Position numbers and translations under genes: made by a program. DNA of 64,000 nt from a virus (taxonomy: Duplodnaviria > Caudoviricetes), in the IMG/VR virus record IMGVR_UViG_2873258297_000006, positions 14,029-78,028 of that record. The stretch is one strand, 5' to 3'. Each line of letters opens with the position of its first letter. The stretch's first letter is position 1. Of the stretch, positions 48,089 through 57,325 are shown one piece after another. The notes beneath the pieces are model-generated. The model was not told the origin of the DNA. It made no database searches and saw only the letters and a list, made by a program, of their open reading frames with translations.

Positions 48089-49112
48089 TCCGTCCACCAC
48101 CAGGTTGGCCCTGTACAAGTCCAAGTCGGACGGGTCCGAGCTGGTCAACTACACGCAGGACATCGGCCAGAACTGGGACAAGGTCGACGCCGCCGCAGGC
48201 TTCCAGGCGGCCACCTCCAGCACCCGCCCGTCGACTCCCTACAGCGGAAAGCCGATCTTCGAGACCGACACTTTCTATCGGACGCTGTTCTCCAACGGCA
48301 CCTCGCCAGCCTCCGCGTCCTGGGTGGAGATCCCCAACAGCTCCGCCACCTTCAACAACAACCTCAAGCTCGCCTCCGGCAAGCAAGTCAACATCGGCGC
48401 CAGCGGCTCCAGTGCCAGCTACACCGCCCTCCTGCCCACCGCCACAGGCGACTACATCCTCGCCAGCCGCGTCACCGCCGACTCCGTATCCCGCCTCACC
48501 ATCCGCGCCGACGGCCGACTCGACTGGTCCAGCGGCGCCGCCACCCAAGACACCAACCTGTTCCGCGACACCGCAAACGTGCTGCGCACAAACGACTCGC
48601 TGACCGTCGACCTCAACCTCACCGTCTCCGGCAACATCACCGTGGCCGGTATCGGCCAGACTCTCTTCGCCCGCAAGACGGGCGACACGTCACGCGCCAG
48701 CACCACCACCCAGGCCGACGACCCGCACCTGACGGTCTCCCTCACCGCCAGCGCCACCTACCTGCTCTACGCCTACCTCGTCTACCAGGCAGGAACCACC
48801 GGCGATATCAACGTCGGCTTCACCATCCCGTCCGGCGCGGCGGGATCGTGGCAGGGCACCGGCATCGGCCGCGACGTCGTCGCCTCCGTCGGCACCGGCG
48901 GATGGACCGTCCGCATGAACGCCAACGACGTATCCACCACCCAACTCCGCTCCTACGGCGGAGACACCACCAACCAGGTCGTCCAAGTGATGGGCATCGT
49001 CCGCACATCCTCGGCCGGCGCATTCACCGTGCAATGGGCTCAGGCTGCCATCGACGCCACCGCCACCATCCTCCGCACCGACTCGTGGATGCAGCTCACC
49101 CGCGTCGCATAG
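48081..49112 (+). CDS. Tail fibre/receptor-binding protein
   Basis: N-terminal MPDPSTTRLALYK...NWDKVD anchor; beta-rich C-terminal head. Confidence 0.7.
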   Translation: MPDPSTTRLALYKSKSDGSELVNYTQDIGQNWDKVDAAAGFQAATSSTRPSTPYSGKPIFETDTFYRTLFSNGTSPASASWVEIPNSSATFNNNLKLASGKQVNIGASGSSASYTALLPTATGDYILASRVTADSVSRLTIRADGRLDWSSGAATQDTNLFRDTANVLRTNDSLTVDLNLTVSGNITVAGIGQTLFARKTGDTSRASTTTQADDPHLTVSLTASATYLLYAYLVYQAGTTGDINVGFTIPSGAAGSWQGTGIGRDVVASVGTGGWTVRMNANDVSTTQLRSYGGDTTNQVVQVMGIVRTSSAGAFTVQWAQAAIDATATILRTDSWMQLTRVA

Positions 49113-49126
49113 AAGAGAGGCAGAAC

Positions 49127-49324
49127 ATGGACTACCCCAACATCGCTATCACCGCTACGAGCGCCAACGGCGAGAACGACGCCTCGGTAACCCTGACTAT
49201 CGGCGGGACGCTGACCGTCGACGAGGCCGCACTCATCGACGTCGTCACGAACTACCTGCTCGGCCTGCCGGGCCTGACGACCGCGCGCGCCGTCAAGCGA
49301 TCCATTGCCGAGCAAGACGTATAG
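49127..49324 (+). CDS. Small hypothetical protein
   Basis: RBS GAGAGG. Confidence 0.6.
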   Translation: MDYPNIAITATSANGENDASVTLTIGGTLTVDEAALIDVVTNYLLGLPGLTTARAVKRSIAEQDV

Positions 49325-49333
49325 GAGACTGCC

Positions 49334-49414
49334 ATGTCCACGTTCCAGGTCATCCTGCTGATCGAGGTCGGCATCATCGCCATCGGTAGCCTCCTCGGCT
49401 GGCGCCGCCCCTAG
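49334..49414 (+). CDS. Small membrane peptide
   Basis: RBS TAGGAG; 26 aa single TM ending WRRP. Confidence 0.45.
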   Translation: MSTFQVILLIEVGIIAIGSLLGWRRP

Positions 49415-49596
49415 CCCTGCTCGGCGACCGGCCCCGTCATCGTCGGATGCGGGTCCGGCTCGCCGTTGTGGAGGCGTTCGATCTCCGCCTCCAGCTCGCT
49501 GACGAGGGCCTTGAGGAGGATATTCTCGTCGGCGAGCTCGCCGTGCCGCTGCCGGAACGCCTTGAGCGCCCACTCGGGGCTGATCTGCTGGGCCAT
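49411..49596 (-). CDS. Small coiled-coil protein
   Basis: Coupled to the end of the GT gene. Confidence 0.55.
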   Translation of the reverse strand: MAQQISPEWALKAFRQRHGELADENILLKALVSELEAEIERLHNGEPDPHPTMTGPVAEQG

Positions 49597-50444
49597 CACG
49601 CCACCTTGTCTGCGAGCTCGCGGTACCGGTCGAGGAGATCGGTGTTGTTGAGGAACGGATGCTGCGGGAAAAACGACCAGTGACTGACCACGGCGTTGCC
49701 GATGAGGATGTTCGGCTGGCCGCTCACCGTCGGCCAGTGCACGGTGTGGAAATGCTCTTCCTCATCCGGCACCAGCACCCCGGGCTGAGGAAGCGAGGCG
49801 TAATCGCGGCCGGCTGAGGCGAAGCAGGACACGGAGAACTGCTCGCCGAGCTTGATGGGAAAGTCCTGGTACAGGAAGCAGTCCTCGACCGTGCCGGCCT
49901 CGACGTGCCCGATGAGCTTCTCGTGCATCTTCACGGCGAACGGGCCGTTCGCCCAGCCGACCGGATCCATGCAGTACGGGGAGACCTCGCCCCACTCGCG
50001 GGGGATGATGCCGCACTGCTGGAGGTACCAGGACACGAGCGCGTTGTTCCAGATGATCGGGAAGATGGCCTTCGACGGCTCCATCTCGATCTTCTTGCGG
50101 ACGAGGTTCTCGATCGAGTCGTCGTGGACGTACACCACGTCGTCGTCAAACCTCACGAAGATCGTGTCAGGGTCGGTGGCATACCGGTAGAAGTAGCCGG
50201 TCGAGCGCTGCTTCGGGCCGGGATGCTTCATCGGGCGCTCGATGATGCGGATCCAGTCGTACTGCTCGGCCAGCTGGTATCCGTAGGCGCGGTCGCTGAC
50301 CTGGCTGTCGTCGGTGTTCATGTACAGGATGTACTCGTCGACGATGCCGCGCTTCACGTCACGCTCGATGTACTTGACCAGGATGCTGACGGTGGACTCA
50401 CGGCCGAACGGAGTCCAGCAAGCCACCTTGTGACCGTCAATCAT
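49596..50444 (-). CDS. Glycosyltransferase (GT-A fold, GT2-like)
   Basis: WTPFGRES N-terminus; FVRFDDDVVY DxD motif. Confidence 0.75.
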   Translation of the reverse strand: MIDGHKVACWTPFGRESTVSILVKYIERDVKRGIVDEYILYMNTDDSQVSDRAYGYQLAEQYDWIRIIERPMKHPGPKQRSTGYFYRYATDPDTIFVRFDDDVVYVHDDSIENLVRKKIEMEPSKAIFPIIWNNALVSWYLQQCGIIPREWGEVSPYCMDPVGWANGPFAVKMHEKLIGHVEAGTVEDCFLYQDFPIKLGEQFSVSCFASAGRDYASLPQPGVLVPDEEEHFHTVHWPTVSGQPNILIGNAVVSHWSFFPQHPFLNNTDLLDRYRELADKVA

Positions 50445-51463
50445 GCTGCTGCCCTCTCTGCTGCGGGCGCAGAGAGCGCCGCTTCCCACTGCACGTTGAT
50501 GGCCTGCAGGATCGACCCGGAGGCCTCGGCGCGAGCGGCCATGCCCATCTGTTGCCGCAGCCCGGGATCGTCGACGAGCTGCTTCAAGTAGCGCCCCCAC
50601 TCGTGCTCGTGGCGCACGAGGAAGCCGTTCTCGCCGTGCCGGATCACTGCCCGGTACGGCTCGATGTCCGACGCGATCAGCGGAATGCCGAGCATCGACG
50701 ACTCGAGGAACTTCGTCGCGAACTTCGCCCGGTTGAACGGGATGTCCCTGTACGGCGCCACCCAGACGTCGAACGCCGCCACGGCCTGCAGGTAGTGGCC
50801 GAAGTTCTCCACCCAGCCGAGTGCACCCAGCCGCTCACCCTTCAACCCGCACGCGACCGCCGTCCGCGGGTCGATACCGACAAGGCGCACCACCACCCCG
50901 CCCGGCCGCCGATACTCCGCGATCCGGTTCAAGGCGCGCACCGCTTCGGGGAGTTCGTGCACCGTGGACGACGTGCCGGCCCAGCCGACGGACAGGATCT
51001 CCGGGTTGTAGTCGCGGACCGCGCCCAGGTATTGGGCGGGCAGCCCGTTGGGGACGACCCGCACGTCGTGGTGGTAGTCGCGCAGCACTTCGGCGAGCGG
51101 CTCCGAGCAGCAGGTGACCGTGTCGGAGATGGCGATGTTGTCGACCAGCCCCTGACGCAGCCGCGGGTCAGACCACAGCTGATAGGCCGCAGCGTTGGAC
51201 GGATCGAGGTGGAAGTAGTCGTCGTCGAGATCCATCACCAGGCGGATGCCAGCCTCGCGCATCTCCCGCCACGTCCGCGACGGGCCCGGCTTCGCCACCC
51301 GACAGCCCACCACCACGTCGAAACCCGGCTCCCGCCAGTCCTCGGGGAGACGCGGTCCGGCGGACGGCTTGTGGCCGATCCAGTCGAGGGACATGGCGGG
51401 GAGAACGCCGCGGTACAAACCCGAACCTGAGCCGTCCGCCGTCCAGAAGTGGATACGCGCCAC
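50441..51463 (-). CDS. Glycosyltransferase (GT-B fold, GT4-like)
   Basis: LVMDLDDDYF; VGWAGTSS; FDVWVAP...FNRAKFATKFLESSMLGIPLIASD...NGFLV. Confidence 0.85.
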   Translation of the reverse strand: MARIHFWTADGSGSGLYRGVLPAMSLDWIGHKPSAGPRLPEDWREPGFDVVVGCRVAKPGPSRTWREMREAGIRLVMDLDDDYFHLDPSNAAAYQLWSDPRLRQGLVDNIAISDTVTCCSEPLAEVLRDYHHDVRVVPNGLPAQYLGAVRDYNPEILSVGWAGTSSTVHELPEAVRALNRIAEYRRPGGVVVRLVGIDPRTAVACGLKGERLGALGWVENFGHYLQAVAAFDVWVAPYRDIPFNRAKFATKFLESSMLGIPLIASDIEPYRAVIRHGENGFLVRHEHEWGRYLKQLVDDPGLRQQMGMAARAEASGSILQAINVQWEAALSAPAAERAAA

Positions 51464-51464
51464 G

Positions 51465-52412
51465 TCAGGCCGCCAGATACCCGGGGAGCCAAGACTCCGC
51501 GTAGTAGCGGACGGTGTGGTGGATGCCCTCGTCGAGGGGCACGAAGTCCTTGGCGGTCATGCCGATCTGCTGCAGCGTCGACGTGTCGGAGGAGACGACC
51601 GCGTTGGGGACTTCACCCGGGCGCATCGGCAGGTGCTTGATGGCGACGGGCTCACGGCCGGTATAACGGGTGGCCTCCTCGGCGACCAAGCGCGCGATGT
51701 CGTTGACGGTGACGGAGTCGAGCGGGCCGCACTCGACGGGCTTCTCAGTGGGGCCGTGGACGGCGGTGTGCTCGAGGGCCTGAGCGAAGGTGCGGGCGAC
51801 GTCGGCGATGTACGCGCAGTCGCTGATCTGGGTGCCGTCGCCGTACACCTCGAGGGGTGCGCCGGTGAGGGCGCGGCACGTGAAGGCGGGGAGGATCTTC
51901 CGCACCTTGCCGGTGCCGTAGGGGGCGGCAACGGACTGGCCGGGGCCGTAGGCGTTGACCGGGCGGACGATGGTGATGCGGCCGTCGCGGTAGGCGTTGA
52001 ACATGCGCGCGTAGTCCTCGGCTGCGGTCTTGCTGATCGTGTACGAGCCGGTGCCGAGGTCTCTCATAAACGCGTTCCCGACACCCGCGTAGACGACTGG
52101 GAGCCCGTACTGGTTGGCAGCCTCGAAGACGTTGAGGCTGCCCCGGATGTTCGTCTCCGCCGACGGCCGCGGGTTCCCGATGGTTTCCTGCGTGCCGAGC
52201 ACGGCAGCGAGATGGATGATGCCCTCGACGTGGGCGGCGAGTTCGACGACGGCTGTCTCGTCGCGGATGTCGCCGAGGAAGAACTCCTCACGAGTGGCCA
52301 TCTCGGTGTGTGGGTTGCGGTCGAAGACGACGACCTGGTGCCCGCGTCGCAGCAGCTCGGTGCGGATCCATGAGCCGATGAAGCCCTGCCCGCCAGTGAC
52401 GCCGATCTTCAT
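51465..52412 (-). CDS. NAD-dependent nucleotide-sugar epimerase/dehydratase
   Basis: VTGGQGFIG; IHLAA; YTISK (YxxxK); RPVNAYGPGQ. Confidence 0.92.
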   Translation of the reverse strand: MKIGVTGGQGFIGSWIRTELLRRGHQVVVFDRNPHTEMATREEFFLGDIRDETAVVELAAHVEGIIHLAAVLGTQETIGNPRPSAETNIRGSLNVFEAANQYGLPVVYAGVGNAFMRDLGTGSYTISKTAAEDYARMFNAYRDGRITIVRPVNAYGPGQSVAAPYGTGKVRKILPAFTCRALTGAPLEVYGDGTQISDCAYIADVARTFAQALEHTAVHGPTEKPVECGPLDSVTVNDIARLVAEEATRYTGREPVAIKHLPMRPGEVPNAVVSSDTSTLQQIGMTAKDFVPLDEGIHHTVRYYAESWLPGYLAA

Positions 52413-52717
52413 GCCTGCTCCTTGACGAGGGTGGGGATTGGTGAGGCCGCTTGTGCGGCGCGGGTGACGGCGTCCCAGAACTCGCGGGCGGCTTCATCGG
52501 GCTGGTAGTTGGGGCCGGTGACGATGCTGCCGTCGGGGCGGATGCCGAGGGTGAGGATGCCGTCGTCCTCGTACAGGGCGATCGCCAACTCGGGCGACGT
52601 GGCAGGCCTTGGCCCGGAGGCGTGGGGGCAGACCTTGCAGTGGTCGCATTGCGGTGCGTTGTCGGGGCAGTCGCAGCGGGGGCAGCGGCGCCCGGTGTCG
52701 TCGTTCGGCTGGCTCAT
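52409..52717 (-). CDS. Hypothetical protein (Cys-rich N-terminus)
   Basis: ATGA overlaps. Confidence 0.55.
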   Translation of the reverse strand: MSQPNDDTGRRCPRCDCPDNAPQCDHCKVCPHASGPRPATSPELAIALYEDDGILTLGIRPDGSIVTGPNYQPDEAAREFWDAVTRAAQAASPIPTLVKEQA

Positions 52718-52821
52718 CGGCTGCTCCAGGCGACGGTTGCGTACTCGATGCGTGTCTCGACGGGCTGTGCGAGGGCGAGGTAGGCGAACAGGAACGCCGG
52801 CGCGGCGCAGACGGCGTTCAT
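52714..52821 (-). CDS. Small hypothetical protein
   Basis: 35-aa ORF with ATGA overlaps at both ends. Confidence 0.4.
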   Translation of the reverse strand: MNAVCAAPAFLFAYLALAQPVETRIEYATVAWSSR

Positions 52822-53273
52822 GAGCCGTCCCCGTCCCGCGCGAGCTCAACGCCTGCGCAGGCCATGTTCGCGAGGCCCGTCTCGCCCCGCCACCACGGCG
52901 CTTTGGGCGTCCAACTCCGCCGCAGGTTCACCACGTGGCCCTTCGCGGAGCGCCCTCCGCACACCTCGCAGCGGGTCAACAGGCGCCGACGCAGCTGCTG
53001 AAGGGGGTGCACCTGGAGCCGCCAGTGGTGGACGTGGAACCGCCACGCGTTCCCTGGATGGGTGGGGCAGGTCTTGTCGTCGAACCCGGACGGATCGCGG
53101 TGCCACACGGTGATGAGGCTCGGCCACCGGATCGCGCGGCCTGCGAGCACCGTGTCGCGGTGGCGGCGGAGTTGCCAGCGGACGCCACTCCGGGCGGCCT
53201 GGCGTGTGCCGTAGGCATCGACGCGCGGCCACGGGCGCGGAACCTCGAAGGCGACTGTGAGCGGATCCTGCAT
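52818..53273 (-). CDS. Hypothetical protein
   Basis: RBS AGGAG; first gene of the antisense operon. Confidence 0.6.
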   Translation of the reverse strand: MQDPLTVAFEVPRPWPRVDAYGTRQAARSGVRWQLRRHRDTVLAGRAIRWPSLITVWHRDPSGFDDKTCPTHPGNAWRFHVHHWRLQVHPLQQLRRRLLTRCEVCGGRSAKGHVVNLRRSWTPKAPWWRGETGLANMACAGVELARDGDGS

Positions 53274-53468
53274 GGGCGTGCTCCTGTGCGGGTCAGGTGT
53301 GCGGGTGGGGCGCGGGTTTTGGTGTGGCAGGGGTGCAGACCCGCACGGCCACACCCCTGCCACGGATCCTCTGAGCCAGGACCTACCGCAACGATACCTG
53401 TGATTCGTAGGTGAATGGCGAGGTTCAAGCTACGATTCCAAGGTATCGGTCGTATCGAGGAGACCCGC

Positions 53469-54395
53469 ATGGCCGCACCACTGAGCCCCGACAGACTGCT
53501 GGCCGTCCTGCACACCGAGGGCGTCAACGCCCGCGAGTACAAGAACTGGCGCACACACAACCGTGACGACGAGACCGGCCGCCCGTTCGGCCCCGTCAAC
53601 GGCATCGTCATCCACCACACGGCAGGCACGAACTCGCTGGCTCTCTGCTACAACGGCACCCCTGATCTGCCGGGACCCCTGTGCCACACCCACCTGGACA
53701 AGACAGGCGTGGCGACGATGCTCAGCGCTGGCCGCGCCAACCACGCCGGATCGTTCGCGCAGAACGCCCACGACGCCGTGGTCGCCGAGTCGTCAACGCA
53801 TCCGCGTCCGGACGCTGCGGAGCCCGTGGATGCGAACGACAAGTACTACGGCATTGAGATCGAGAACCTCGGCAACGGCAATGATCCGTATCCGGCGGCA
53901 CAGTACGACGCTGCGGTGCGGTGGGCGGCGGGGATCTGCCGGGCGCATGGCTGGTCCGCGGACTCGGTGATCGGCCACAAGGAGGGGACGCGCCGCAAGA
54001 TCGACCCCTCGTTCGACATGCACCAGTTCCGCACCGACGTCGCCGCGCGCCTCGCCCACACCGCGGACTGGAACCCTGACGAGGAGGACGACATGCCCAC
54101 CGCCAACGAGGTCGCCAAGGCTGTCCTGACGTATGACGGCGTAATCGCCGTCCCCGGCGCCCCCGCCACCAACCCCACCTGGACGCTGTCGAGTTCCGTC
54201 ACCGAGATCCTCAAGCGGCAGGACAAGGCCAACGCCACGCTCGCCGCGCAGAAGGCGACCATTGACGAACTCGTGAAGGCGGTCGCCACGCTCGCCGCAG
54301 GCATCGGCAACCTCGACCCCGCCGCGATCGTCCGCGAACTCACCGCCGCCATCGAAGCCATCGACATCCACCTCGACGTGCCGGACGCTTCGTGA
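53469..54395 (+). CDS. Endolysin, N-acetylmuramoyl-L-alanine amidase (Amidase_2)
   Basis: GIVIHHTAG...RANHAG...YGIEIEN...IGHKE...KIDP Zn-amidase motifs. Confidence 0.92.
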   Translation: MAAPLSPDRLLAVLHTEGVNAREYKNWRTHNRDDETGRPFGPVNGIVIHHTAGTNSLALCYNGTPDLPGPLCHTHLDKTGVATMLSAGRANHAGSFAQNAHDAVVAESSTHPRPDAAEPVDANDKYYGIEIENLGNGNDPYPAAQYDAAVRWAAGICRAHGWSADSVIGHKEGTRRKIDPSFDMHQFRTDVAARLAHTADWNPDEEDDMPTANEVAKAVLTYDGVIAVPGAPATNPTWTLSSSVTEILKRQDKANATLAAQKATIDELVKAVATLAAGIGNLDPAAIVRELTAAIEAIDIHLDVPDAS

Positions 54396-54405
54396 CCGCG
54401 ATCGA

Positions 54406-54942
54406 CTACGACCCGTACCGGGCGATCACCTCATGAGCCCAGGCCAACATGTCCTCGACGCGCTGACCGTTGGGCTGGAACTTTACCCACAACTCCAGGT
54501 TCTCCAGCCGGTTGTCCTGCTTGTCGCCGTTCTTGTGGTGCACGTTCTCATCTGGGCGAAGGAGCCGACCCAAGTGGCGTTCCATAACGAGGCGGTGCTC
54601 CAGAACCCAGAGGTTGTCGCCGACGGCATCGGGACGCCGCACCCGTATGTAGCCAGCCTTGGTGACGTATCGGCCCTCCATCGAACGTCGGCCTCGTTTG
54701 ACGCCGGGGCTACCGCGCCCCGGCCCGGCCAGCGGGTCTCCGTACCGCCGTTGGCGGTTGGCATGGCCGCTGCACAGGTCAGCCGTGTGGGCCTTGAGTT
54801 CGCAGCCGTCCACTCGACAGGCGGGACGTTCGGGCCTGTGAAGCCACCAGTACTGGTAGCAGCGGCGGCACAGCCTGCGCGCCTTGTACTGGATCGGCCG
54901 TTCGCAGCCCTCAGTCGAGCAGGCGCCCTCTGGTTCAAGCAT
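54406..54942 (-). CDS. HNH endonuclease
   Basis: LEHRLVMERHLGRLLRPDENVHHKNGDKQDNRLENLELW; Cys-rich N-terminus. Confidence 0.9.
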   Translation of the reverse strand: MLEPEGACSTEGCERPIQYKARRLCRRCYQYWWLHRPERPACRVDGCELKAHTADLCSGHANRQRRYGDPLAGPGRGSPGVKRGRRSMEGRYVTKAGYIRVRRPDAVGDNLWVLEHRLVMERHLGRLLRPDENVHHKNGDKQDNRLENLELWVKFQPNGQRVEDMLAWAHEVIARYGS

Positions 54943-54959
54943 GAAAGGATTCTACCGTC

Positions 54960-55505
54960 TTGAACCTGTACTACGACTTGGAGTTCCTGGAGAACGGCCG
55001 CACCATCGAGCTGATCTCCATCGGCATGGTGTGCGACGACGGCCGCGAGTACTACGCGGTGAACCGGGACATGCCCGTGCGGCGGATCCGGAAGCACAAG
55101 TGGCTGATGGAGAACGTGGTGCCTGGGCTTCCGAAGGGCCACGGAGACCAGCGGATCCACATGCCGAAGCGCTGGCTCTTCCACTACGCCGACCACAGGG
55201 TGAAGCCCCGAAAGGTCATCGCGGATGAGGTCATGAACTTCATCCGAGCGGCTGGGTCGGACGTCGAGTTGTGGGCCAACTACGGGGCCTACGACCACGT
55301 CTGCCTCGCCCAACTCTGGGGCCGCATGATCGACCTCCCCGAAGGTGTCCCCATGTTCACCCGGGACATCCAGCAGGAACGCGCCCGCCTCGGCCTCGCA
55401 TGGAACGACCTTCCCCAGCAAGAAACGGGCGAGCACAACGCGCTCGCCGATGCCAGACACAACCAGACCGTCCGGCGCTGGCTCGCCGAACGCACACAGA
55501 AGTGA
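54960..55505 (+). CDS. DEDDh 3'-5' exo(ribo)nuclease
   Basis: YDLEFLE, NYGAYDHV, HNALADARH; TTG start. Confidence 0.85.
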   Translation: MNLYYDLEFLENGRTIELISIGMVCDDGREYYAVNRDMPVRRIRKHKWLMENVVPGLPKGHGDQRIHMPKRWLFHYADHRVKPRKVIADEVMNFIRAAGSDVELWANYGAYDHVCLAQLWGRMIDLPEGVPMFTRDIQQERARLGLAWNDLPQQETGEHNALADARHNQTVRRWLAERTQK

Positions 55506-55513
55506 GACCCGCC

Positions 55514-55765
55514 ATGAGCACTCCCACGACCGTCATCAAGACCGCCCAGACCTACGCCAAGGACCTCGCTGAGCGTGTCATCTGGACGTTCCTCGGCGCA
55601 TCCGGCGCGGTGGCCCTCGCGGGCGGCCCAGCCGACATGCTGCACGTGTCGTTCTGGCAGGGCGTCGGCACCGCCGGTCTCGCCGCAACGGTGTCCCTGG
55701 TGAAGGGAATCGCTGCTCGCGCCTTCGGCGAGAAGAACTCCGCGTCGACCGCCTCGGGCGTCTGA
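55514..55765 (+). CDS. Holin
   Basis: DLAERVIWTF..., two TM helices, r1t-like holin pattern. Confidence 0.75.
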   Translation: MSTPTTVIKTAQTYAKDLAERVIWTFLGASGAVALAGGPADMLHVSFWQGVGTAGLAATVSLVKGIAARAFGEKNSASTASGV

Positions 55766-55796
55766 GACTGCCCACCTTGCGCGACCGGGAGGGCGC

Positions 55797-56063
55797 ATGG
55801 ATGCCGCCACGGTCACGGCCCTAGGGGTGCTCGGTAGCGCCCTGATGGCCGGGCTGGCAGCCATGTACGGCTCTCGGATCGCCGGGCGGACTCAGCGGGA
55901 GGGCGGAATCATCGGCGGATACAACAGCCTCACGGACCAGCTCCAGGAGGAACGCAAGGAGTTGCGTGCCGACTTGGCCGCGCTGCGCCTGGAGCTGGCC
56001 ACAGAGAAGGCGGAGACGGCCCGCCTCAGGCTGATGGTGCAATCCCTCGGGGGCACGCCGTGA
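55797..56063 (+). CDS. Membrane protein with coiled coil (lysis cassette)
   Basis: One TM plus LQEERKELRADL coiled coil. Confidence 0.7.
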   Translation: MDAATVTALGVLGSALMAGLAAMYGSRIAGRTQREGGIIGGYNSLTDQLQEERKELRADLAALRLELATEKAETARLRLMVQSLGGTP

Positions 56064-56770
56064 CCCGGGCCGAGCGGGCATTCGTCCGCCGCCGCCACCT
56101 CATGTGGATCGCCTGCGCACTACTCGCCCTGACCGGGTTCGGGATCCTCATCTGGCAGCGCATCGACGCCGGCGACCGCCGCGCCGACGAGCTCACCAAG
56201 GAAGCCGACCTCCGTGGCACCGCCGTGTCCACGCTCGCCGGCGATGTGCGGGCGCTGCGTGAACAGGTGAAAGCCAAGGGCGGAACACCCGTCGCCCCGG
56301 ACCCGACGAAGGCTGTGGAGAACCTGCCCGACCGGGCGGAGGTTCCGGTGCCAATCCCCGGACCTCCGGGCCCCAAAGGAGACCCGGGTGAACCGGGGAA
56401 GCCTGCGCCGACCATCACTCCCAGCCCAGGGGCACCAGGATCCAGCGGCGAAAACGGGGAGGATGGGGAGGATGGCACCGACTCGACCGTGCCAGGGCCA
56501 TCAGGGCCGCCCGGTCCTCCCGGCACCGACTCGACCGTGCCAGGACCCGCAGGACCTCAAGGAGAGAAGGGCGATTCGGGGAGTCCTGGATCGCCCCCCA
56601 TTGGGTGGACGTTCACGTACAGGGGCGTTGAGTACACCTGCTCGCCCGTCTCTGACTTCAACGAGTCCAACCCGCGCTATGCCTGTGAGTCGAATGAGCA
56701 GGACCCTGCGCCAAATCTTCCCCTGAGCTACCGAGATTCGGCTTTGGAGCCCAGTAGGCGTCGTTGGTAG
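56060..56770 (+). CDS. Membrane-anchored collagen-like protein
   Basis: TM helix, coiled coil, G-X-Y repeats (GPPGPKGDPGEPG), C-terminal Cys pair. Confidence 0.75.
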   Translation: MTRAERAFVRRRHLMWIACALLALTGFGILIWQRIDAGDRRADELTKEADLRGTAVSTLAGDVRALREQVKAKGGTPVAPDPTKAVENLPDRAEVPVPIPGPPGPKGDPGEPGKPAPTITPSPGAPGSSGENGEDGEDGTDSTVPGPSGPPGPPGTDSTVPGPAGPQGEKGDSGSPGSPPIGWTFTYRGVEYTCSPVSDFNESNPRYACESNEQDPAPNLPLSYRDSALEPSRRRW

Positions 56771-57223
56771 CTATACCTTCAGCTTGTCCTCGGTCCGCCA
56801 TTTCTGTCGAAGCCGCCTGTTCTTCGCGGCTTCGCAGATGCTGCAATAGCGCTGACTCCCAGGGCCTCCCGATTTCGGGTAGACGCGGTCGAAGGGATGA
56901 CCCCTCTTGCAGTGCGTCTTGCGGGCGTTAATCGCGGAGACGGTGGCGGAGTCCTTGAGGGTGTTCTCCCTGACGGTGACCACCTGTAGGTGCTGAGCGT
57001 TGACGCAGGCCCGGCTGCGGCAGACGTGGTTGATGACCATGCCGTCGGGGATCTCCCCGTGCATGTCGTACCAGGCGACGCGATGGGCCCGCCGAGTCTT
57101 GCGGCGAAGGTAGAAAAACCCGTAGCCGTCTTTGTCGAGGCGGCCAGTCCATATGAGGCAGTCACTGTCGCGCCGCGTGCGCGACAGGAATCGTCCCCTT
57201 TCGGGAGTCGTGAGGTTTCCCAT
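56771..57223 (-). CDS. HNH endonuclease
   Basis: CLIWTG...GYG...AHRVAW...NHVCRSRACVNAQHL...KTHCKRGH. Confidence 0.9.
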   Translation of the reverse strand: MGNLTTPERGRFLSRTRRDSDCLIWTGRLDKDGYGFFYLRRKTRRAHRVAWYDMHGEIPDGMVINHVCRSRACVNAQHLQVVTVRENTLKDSATVSAINARKTHCKRGHPFDRVYPKSGGPGSQRYCSICEAAKNRRLRQKWRTEDKLKV

Positions 57224-57325
57224 GCTTCATTTATCTGGCCCGCACGGCACTAAAGGCCCGTCAGGTAATCAACTCGCCTTATTGATCTGTGACTTGCGTA
57301 ACGCATTCATGGAATAGGAAGCAGA

